From contig CP158635.1 of NCBI GenBank assembly GCA_050273025.1, positions 7,998,001 through 8,062,000 of the forward strand: a DNA stretch of 64,000 nucleotides, read 5' to 3'. This document shows positions 26,730 through 35,350 of the stretch, piece after piece. Source of the stretch: Cenococcum geophilum (lineage: Eukaryota). The notes beneath the pieces were generated by a model. That model saw only the letters and a program-made list of their open reading frames with translations. It made no database searches and had not been told where the DNA came from. A program made the position numbers and the translations under genes. Each line of letters opens with the position of its first letter. The first letter of the stretch is position 1.

Positions 26730-28173
26730 TTGTATCACAAAGGGCTCCGACCATTTCCGGATCCAAATATGTAGACACCATGGATTGCTCAGCTTCCCGG
26801 ATTTCTCTCGTCATCCACAAAGCCGGCACTCAAGCTCTCCGTACGCGCAACGTTGATGGCATTTTACGCCAAATTGCATAAAGACTTATCAATTCAGATT
26901 TATTCTTACCAGTGGTACGTCTCTGGGCTCAATCGCCAACGGGCGGCTTTATCTAGACTTGATGAAACGGCCACACCAGACATCGAAGAAGTTCTCGTCC
27001 CGATCGTTCTTTCCCTATATGAAGTCTTTACTGGCGCAACACCGATGAGTGTCTTTCAGCATCTTGCGGCTGCAGCAAAAATCTTTGAAATGAGAGGGCC
27101 CAGCAACTGCATTACAGGAATAGCTGTCGATCGGTAGTCCGTGCACCGATTGTAAGAAAAGAATGAGAACTCTGTCTATTAACGAGGGCTCTAGAAGCTC
27201 TCTATATACATAAGATAGGTCCAGGCAACTAAGCCAAATACCATAGGCAACTGAGACAGAATAGGTAATAGAAACAGGTGGTAGGACGTAAGGTACTAGG
27301 CATCAAAGACAGTTGTAAGACAGTAGTAAGACGGTGGTAAGGAAATCCGATCTGGATCGACAGTAGCTCACTGGCTTTTCAAAGCGATGAGGGTTACTAA
27401 TGTCAGTATTTCTCTTTCTTGAAAGTTGCGTATGCCCTAAAACTGACGGTTATAGGCGTCGATCTCTGTAATATTGAACAAACCATCAGTTTTCTCCTCA
27501 CCAGAGTGGTGAACTCTTCCATTCACCGAACAACCGAAGCAGCCGCTTCTTCTCTTCACTGATATACTGCTAGCTATACCGAACTATCTTGCGTATTTTG
27601 AAGAGCAACAGTCTCTAACAGAGTTCTTTGGAAATAAATGTGGGACAAATAGTGCTCGAGCCTCCATCGAAAAAATATCGGCACATCTATTACATGCCCT
27701 CGGTAATTGGTGGAGACTTTGAAAAAAGCTATCTTCACAACTGCGTGAGATCAACACCCGACAATATGCCAATGGCAAGTGCTGAGGGCCTAGGCCCTGA
27801 ATCGAAGATTTTCTCAACGCCATTAGTATTCAACGATAGCTTCGCTGCACTAATTGCCTCCATATACCATGCCGCAAGTCTGATCGTTCATCGGGTCCTC
27901 CACCATTGCTCGTTGCCTAACATATTAATCTCAAACCCGAACTTCTACGCACAGCAAGCAACGTCAAATGCTACTTCCGTCTTCGAAATTGTAACACTTC
28001 TCGAACCTTATCGCCCCGTCGGCTTTGGCTCCATGCGTTGCGCCTTTCCACTTATTGTTGTGGCTTTGGTCAGCCCAAGTACTGAACAAAGGATGCTCGC
28101 GACAGCTACATTGCAGAGATGGGGATCAAGTAGAGGATTGAATGGACTATGTAATGCTTGGATGAGTTTCTAG
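26730..28173 (+). pseudogene. Disrupted fungal-specific transcription factor (Zn2Cys6-family C-terminal regulatory domain) remnant
   Basis: Reads WIAQLP...LSVRATLMAFYAK...YQWYVSGLNRQR...LSLYEVF...FQHLAAAAKIFEMRGPSNC, typical of this domain. It is interrupted by a solo LTR at 27125-27362, then resumes HWLFKAMRV, an intron at ~27403-27455, and KPSVFSSPEW followed by an in-frame TGA and a frameshift before the 27628-28173 segment. No Zn-cluster N-terminus is visible. Confidence 0.7.
27125..27362. mobile_element. Solo LTR (238 bp) inserted in the TF gene
   Basis: TGTCGATC...GATCGACA inverted ends; flanks ATAGC / GTAGC (5-bp TSD with one transition); the coding frame resumes after it. Confidence 0.8.
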
Positions 28174-28482
28174 GCTTTCCCGATGAGTATTTTGCTCAAA
28201 AAGGCTTAATACACTTCTGTGCAAACGAATAGCTGTGCATTTCTCTTCGAAGAAAGAAAAGTAAGTTTTCCCTTTCACCTCTGGAAATCATCTCACTCAT
28301 ATTGTTTCTGTCATAAAAGCCTTAAGTTCGCAGGAATTCATCGGAGTAACATTTTTACCAAGCGTTTCTATATACGAATGATTGTACTTTTAGCAAAAGC
28401 TATCTACATTTTAGTCCGCATACCCGACCGCTACATTACCCACACCACCGCGGCCGCCCTCTCATACAACATGCCTCGAGCT

Positions 28483-31024
28483 CTACCAGGTCGAAAACGA
28501 TTCGCCTTTGGAGTGTACGGTGTGAGCATAGTTCCAGAAGTCGCCATTGGCGCCAAAACCAGACGCATCACCACGCAGCGAGACATTCGAAGGTATCTTG
28601 CGCAGACCACTGCGTGGAACAGCCAAGGATTCTGCGCCGCTTCCCTGCTTGATGATATTAGAGACAACCGGGCTAACAGCCTTAATAATTTGAGGAGCAG
28701 CCTTCATGACGACAGGGCCAACCTTGCGAACCACGGAGGCCATGATATCGAAGAATCCTTCCTCTTCAAGGATATGTTGCGGAGCCTTCATGGCAGCCTG
28801 CAGAGCAGCCTCACCAAGCACAGCACGCTCGCGTAGGCCCTCCATAGGCGCCATGACAGGTGGGGCTTCATCCGCAATGTCGGACTCTGTGAGAGCATGC
28901 TGCAACAAAGGCAGGCCATGCTTGGCGACCTCCATGAGAACAGGACTCTTGATAGCCTTGGAAGCAATCCCTCCAAGGAAGTCGAAGAATCCCTCAGAAT
29001 CCTCGCTGCTGGCAGCAGCCAGACGAGCCATGAAAGCCTCAGATCCAGAATCGGCAGCCAGATGAAGAGACTTCCGGGCTCCAGTGTGAGGTCGCCGAGC
29101 TCCACTTGGGGCAGATGCTCCGCCTGGGATAAGTGCTCCGCCTGTAGGAGCATAAAATCCTTCAGCGCCCCCATGCGGCCCTTTCTGGAGCGCATCCAAA
29201 GCTAGTCGCAGTGTCGGCTCCGCAACTACATCCAGGACCTTCGGCGCGACATTCTTAACTACCGAGCCGACCCTGCTGATAACCTTCCTCATGTCGTCGA
29301 AGAAGCCCTCCTCAGCCAATTTTTGCTTGTCCATCTTCATCATAGCCGTGAAAGCCGCTTCAGCAAGGATGGCGCGTTCAGCCACTCCTTCAGTTGGATC
29401 GCCAAAGCTTTCGGCGCCTGTGTGGGACTCAGCGAGCTTGCCCGCAGCGGAGATGGCAACGCTAGCTAACGCGCCAACGGGACCGCCCAGAGGGCCAAGT
29501 ACCATAGGCAATCCCGTGCTGAGGACGCTGTTCAGGAGCGGGCCACCGATCTTCACACCTTGCTTCAAGAAGTCGAAGAACCCTTCTTCGTCGAGAGAGC
29601 GACCGGATGAAAAAACGTTGCGCGGATGGCTGTACAGATCATGGTCTCGTGTGACGTTTATCGTTGGGCTATGTTTGTTTCCGTGGTGACCTGAGTGGCT
29701 GACATAGGACTCATGACCTCCGTTATGATGACCTCCGTTATGATGACCTCCGTTATGATGACCTCCATCGTGATGGCCTCCGTTATGATGGTTTCCGTTG
29801 CCATAATGGTTCCCATTGAAGTTACGAGTACCATTGTGGCCGTAGTTAGCCGTTTGATCGCTACTGTAGTTGGAATGGTCAAAGCCGTGCTCACGGGTGA
29901 ATCTACCGATGCCACCATGGGTGAGGTCGACAGGGCCCTTAAGAACATCTGGAGTCTTTGACGTTGGCACGGTCACATACTGGATGCCGGGAGTCGAAGC
30001 GGCGCCAGGAAGCTGGACCTTGCGCGCATGCAGGTCGAACGCAGCCACATAGTCCAGGAACGGGTTGCCATACATTCCGACTACTGACGCAGAGTTCGGG
30101 TCTCCTCCATATACGTGCACTCCGATAGCAACGTGGTCATTTTCGCGCAAAACTGGGGATCCAGAGTTTCCTTGTACTGTTAGTGCTACGCCGGGACTAT
30201 CTGCGGTAATACGTACCGCCAAAAGTATCGATCTTGTACTCCAACATTCTCCACTGTGATTCGGCAAGGTTGTAGTTCGTTTGCAGAAACATTTCGTACA
30301 TCTCCGCCCCTGGCTCACCTGCCCTGTCCTTCAAATCGCCTGGATAACCGACGACTCCAATAGACAAAGATCCCTGGACAGGGGTATCGGCGAATCTGAA
30401 AGGTTCGATACCGGTGAAAGGTGCTTCAAGTTGGATAAAAGCGACATCGAAGTTTCGATTGCCTTTGGCCGTGAGCCATTCTAAAGTCGTAGCGACTCTT
30501 TTGCCGAAACGAAATTGAACACCAGCCTTAGGATCGTTGATTGATCCTTGACCAGAATATCCAATGTAAGCCTTAACTTGGGCAAGTTGGCCCAAGTTAT
30601 GACCCCAATCGAACGCACAGTGACCAGCAGTCACGAGCAGATCAGGACGGATCAACCACCCTGTTGCAATCGGCCATTTAGCATTAGGCTTTTGCTTCTC
30701 ATAACGGCAGAAAAGCTTGACAATTGCTAGCGTTTTGTCAGTACATATTTTTCTACGGTTATAGAAGTACTCACAGCGGTATTTTCCACCAGGCATGAAA
30801 TGCTGAGGCGGGACCTTCTGACGCTCATCGTCCCCAACAACCGATTCGGCGCCAGCGTTAGTGAAACTGAAGGATTCTGCAGAGGGGACCTTGTTGCTGG
30901 TGGATTCGAGATCCCAGAGCGGAACAATGGTGTCCGTCAACTTATTTTTCGTTGCTGTGTTTCGAAGGCCCACTAAGCCGATGCTTTCAAGGGGGGCACT
31001 CTGAGTAGCTGATATAGGAGACAT
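28483..31024 (-). CDS. 815-aa V8/glutamyl-endopeptidase-like (trypsin-fold) serine protease fused to a C-terminal repeat region with four EGFFD amphipathic peptides; exons 31024-30775, 30726-30217, 30170-28483
   Basis: ATG at 31024. Intron 1 is 30774-30727 (GTGAGT...CTGAC...TAG, 48 nt, in frame); intron 2 is 30216-30171 (GTACGT...CTAAC...AAG, 46 nt). The spliced length is 250+510+1688=2448 nt, one open frame. Catalytic motifs are LVTAGHC, NFDVAFI and DTFGGNSGSPV (the last restored by splicing). The S1 Thr (DT) and His (IGVHVYG) match V8-type Glu-specific proteases. The putative mature N-terminus AE|SVVGDDERQKV resembles Bacillus glutamyl endopeptidase SVIGSDDR. Confidence 0.92.
29713..29790 (-). 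repeat. 15-bp coding minisatellite encoding (HHNGG)n in the protease linker
   Basis: Plus-strand atgatgacctccgtt units, about 5 copies; translates on the minus strand as HHNGGHHDGGHHNGGHHNGGHHNGGH. Confidence 0.9.
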
Positions 31025-32514
31025 GGTAAAGGCTTAGGATTATTTTGTGGAGATAAATCGATGCCGCAATGAAGATATGATATTGCTGAAGGTTGTTGTG
31101 CGAGTGCTGTAATGGATTCAGAAGGTAGGAATACGCATTCTTAAAGGATTTTGGATCCTCTTGTCCTGAGTAAGTGATCAGTCTCCTCAGTACGAAGTGG
31201 AGCATGGCCGACCCTCGCCTAACCCGGGTTTGAGCGCCAGAAACCTCAGAATTGAGAATATTTCGCGCGCGTACGAGTAAATGCGAGCCGGAAGCCCCGA
31301 TCCGTGGCGGTATTCCTAGTTTCTTTGGCTAATCTACCTTTCAGCCCACCACAGTATTTCCAGAAAAGAGGAGTTGCAGAAGCCCGGATCTAAATTTTTT
31401 AGTGAAGCGAAATCAACAACGGATTTTTGAGAAGATTTTAATGCTCATTGCTCAGAAGCACGTAGTTTCATTGACGCCATTGAGCCGCAGTGGCTAGCTG
31501 TTAGATAACAGCCGCGCCACGGGTAACGTGGTCCCTAAGTTGCAGCAGCCATGTGTAATGTCTTTGAGGAAGCCTAGCCCCCTGGCACTAGTTCGGGAAA
31601 GTAAAAGTCTCCCTTTAGTTCCGTCTTTGAGATTTCCACCTTCGCGCACCGGGATTTATGCTACGCGTCGGTGCAGAGTTATATCTAGTTTAGTTATGGA
31701 ATAATAACGCGGAGAGGCTTCTGTCGGGTCTTCGAAGTTTTGAAAGCTACAATCTTGATCTGTCGAGCTCCATTTTTGTTGCTTTACTTTACTCCCAAGA
31801 ATGTAGTTGTCTAAGTCCAGCACAGGCTTCTCAAGCTCTGTCCAATGATGGCAGCAATAGATACGGGAAGCTCTGCATCGCTTAATGACCCAGGTCTAGA
31901 ACAAATTTCCAACTTAACGATTCTTTTTCCAGCAATTTGTGTATCTGCTGTCGCTGAGACAGTGCTCAGTTGTCAACCGTTGCCTGTAATTAGATATCAT
32001 TATTTGTGGGTCAAAGAGGTGACATACACCTTAGCGCTGAATATGCATTTATGTTTCTTTTCTGTAGCTTTGCATAGTACCTGTAATGGGGACGAGCCGG
32101 AGCGGTCGCTGTGGCTTGTGGCGCATGGAGGCTTTTCGGAACTGATTCGCTACTCAGCTCTCCTCCATTCGTCATGGCAGCTGAACATTAGCCACACAGC
32201 TCATTAGCGTCATAAATCGCCTAGTAGCGCAGCCGTTTCCTTGGCTAGCACTAAAAGGATCTAATCTTACTCAACGTCTCTTCTCACCTCCAATCAAAAC
32301 TCAAACGCTCAAGGTACAGGAACAAGAAATAAATATAGGCGCTAATGCACCACTACACCTGCAGAACAAGCCTAGAATTCCTAGGTAGCACAAAAAAGTT
32401 TATTTGTGTGACTTGCTAAGGGGGCTAGACTACACATACTCGTCGTGGTGAACTTTCCATGCGCTCGTAGCTTCATTATCAGCTTGGGGCACGTTTGATG
32501 GGTTTTTTTTTTGT

Positions 32515-34560
32515 TAGGCCGACTCCACTAGGTGGGCGCTCTAAAAATCTACCTGGGCCACCTGGGCCACTTGGTCACGAACGGACCACCAATATCGATA
32601 TCCACCTGATGCATACTATCCATTCGGCGCCCCAGGTGGATTTTGGGTAGATTAGCCATCTTGGCAACGAAAAAGGAGATTTTACCTGGCTGGGTAGAGG
32701 CGTTTGCGCTAATCATAATTACGCTCCCAAATCTAGTATAGCAGCAAGCTTTATTAGCAATTTAAGCTACTAGGTAGTCTACCTAAACTTGCTATTTTAA
32801 AGAGGGAGTTCTAGTAAAATGTTAATATTAACTATAAAGCTTTATATATTAGCTGTAATATCTATAGGCGTTTTAGTAATAATATTACTACTCTATATAC
32901 TTATTAAGTATATAAAAACCCTTTTAATATTAAATAGTTAGCGTTAACGGGTTATTAATCCCTTTTATAATAAGGTAAAATTATTATTATATAATCCTCT
33001 ATAAGCATTTAAAATAGTAATACGCTTTAATTAATATTTAAATTACTTCTTAATTAGCCTATTAATGACTATAAACTATATATATAGAAAAGTATATTAA
33101 TAGAGTAGAAGCTAATAATATTTATAACTAGATATAGAAGTGAGCTAACTAAAAGGTTTATAGTATAGGAGTTTTAGCACTTAACGTCTATAGTAAGCCT
33201 GTTAGTAAATATTATTTAATAAATAAAATACTTTAATTAACCTGTATTAGCCTTTTATAAGAGTTTTAATACTCGATATAAGTTATATAAAGATATTACT
33301 AAATTCCTACTTAATTAAATACTTAAATAGATAGAATTTAATAATAAGATATAGCTCTTTTTTTTATAGATTATATTGGCGTATTAGATAGCTTATATAT
33401 ATTAATATTAGTTCCTAACTAGTATAATATAATATAAAAGATTAAATCTTATATAATATATTTATAGTATACGATTTTAATATATACTTAGATAGAAAGG
33501 CTCTATATATAGCGGCTATATATTTATTTTTATAAAGATAGTAGTTTTTATATACTGTTAGGTAAAACCTAAGTAGATAATTGTATAGCCGTAAGGTATG
33601 GGCAACCCAGGGGCGACCTAGGGGTGACTTGCCTATAAAGTACGTACGCTATACATGCTTAGGGAAACCCCTTCCTTACCTCGCATACAAACTCCTCCTT
33701 TTCCCTTAAGAATTTGTCTATCTATATAATATACCCTATTGTTCTATTAATTGGACCCCCTATCTCTATCCTCACCTTATATATACTTTTAGGCCGCTAT
33801 TATCTAGTAGACGCTAGCTATACTATAGGTAATTCTATAGTATTTATTCTATATTAAAAGGTATAATATTATTTAAAGGAATAGATAAAGGCAATATAAT
33901 GGGCTCTTCTAAAAGGTACGTTAGATAAAGGTTTCACTAACGTCTTAGAGAAGACGTAGTTAGATAGATATAAGGTATAGGGTTTTACTAGTATCTTAAA
34001 AGTATTACAAAGGGAGCTTGTTCTCCTCTAGAGAAAAACTATTAATTAGTCTCTAAATAGATAAGGTTAGAAAGCATTTATCCTTTAAATACGTAAAGTG
34101 CATCCTATCTTTAACTCACCCTCGACTTTTATTCAATACTATTAATTAGATAGTTATACGTTCCGGTCAGACTAGCCTCTTATAGGCAAATAAGAGGTTA
34201 AAGAATTAAAAAGAAACTATTTAACTTATACTACGCTTCTTTAAGAAATATAATTAAATAAGTATTTAGTGTCCTAAAGGTGTAAAAATATATATATTGG
34301 CGACGGGAAGCGGGACACGTTATAATTAACCTGCTTTTTATACTAGGTAAAGGCAGTAAGGGCTATAGTTTAAAGACCTAACTTAAGATTATATAGGTAT
34401 TAATAGAAATCTATAACTTTTTAAATATAAACGACTAAAACTTAAATAAAGTAGACTCTAATTATATAAGTAAAGAGGATTTAAATACTAATAAATTCAT
34501 AATTCTATATTGAGTAGATAAATGGGGAAAAAGCTAGTAATAAGAGGATATAGTAGAGGT
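32515..34560 (+). mobile_element. RIPed PIF/Harbinger transposon relic, with small inserts at ~33582-33780 and ~33900-34190
   Basis: GC-rich terminus TAGGCCGACTCC at ~32515. Transposase motifs RYYL(A)DA(G)Y at ~33795-33822 and KELFNL(RH)ASLRN.I(ER).F(G)VLK at ~34210-34280. Confidence 0.7.
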
Positions 34561-34562
34561 AA

Positions 34563-35350
34563 TGTTGGTCACACGGGGTGACTCACCAATAACGACTACT
34601 TGAGTAGGTTACAGTGATGTTGGTTAATATATTTTTTTAATGTGTCGAACGTTGAGGTCACTGTCAGGTACCACCTTATGACTCACACCCTGTTTCTATT
34701 ACCTATTACCGACTGAGTGGCAATATCGACCTGATGGCGATTGAGTAATAGTTCCAAATCGTCGTCAGTGTCGTCGTCAGTGTCGTCGTCAATCTTTTGC
34801 CCCTACCTCATGTATATAGAGAGCTTCTAGAGCCAGCTTCAATCGACAGAGTTCTTATGAGTGACTTGTCTGTCCGACATAATGGAATGAGGAAGGGCGC
34901 GGAGCTTAAGACTCCTCGCCACGCTAGTGCCGTGGCAACACGTGACGACCGCTTGCCTTATTCCCGACACTGGCAACTCTTCTTTTGTAGTTGCTATCTA
35001 TATATAAATACTGCTTAACTAGCGTAGTGTTATAGGACCACCCTATAATACCTTGCATACGCCTACCGATTAAGCCTAGTTATAAGACCGCAATTTGCCG
35101 CAATTCTGCCGCAATCTGCTATATTCTACCACGCTATAGAATTCTACCGAATTCTGCTAAGCTATAGAAATCTGCCAAATTCTGTTAAGCTATAGAATTC
35201 TGCCAAATTCTGTTAAGCTATAGAGTTCTACCAACTTCTGCCAAGCTATGGAATTTTGCTAAATTCTATTAAGCTATAAAATTCTACTAAATTCTATTAA
35301 GCCCTAACAGCGTATAGTACGTGCCCATTAACTATTGCTATTATAATATA
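34563..35350. mobile_element. LTR (TGTTGGTCAC...) with a second solo LTR (35028-35309) inserted
   Basis: Shares blocks with 63499-63805 (tgttggtcaca.gggtgactca.caataacgactact; ggaatgaggaagggcg.ggagcttaag...ctgcttaact). The insert begins TGTTATAGG and ends CCCTAACA. Confidence 0.6.

Noticed and set aside
30171..30318. ORF-track start of the 611-aa ORF (MSQGRRCTKC...)
   Set aside because: It is out-of-frame exon 2 plus intron 2; splicing at 30216/30171 joins the 275-aa and 611-aa ORFs into one protein.
28219..30730. Multiple plus-strand and alternative-frame ORFs overlapping the protease gene
   Set aside because: Shadow ORFs of a GC-rich CDS; only the spliced minus-strand frame carries recognisable motifs.
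31845..32207. 120-aa ATG ORF upstream of the protease gene
   Set aside because: No motif, signal peptide or codon bias that I can recognise; probably intergenic or promoter sequence, though it cannot be excluded without RNA-seq.
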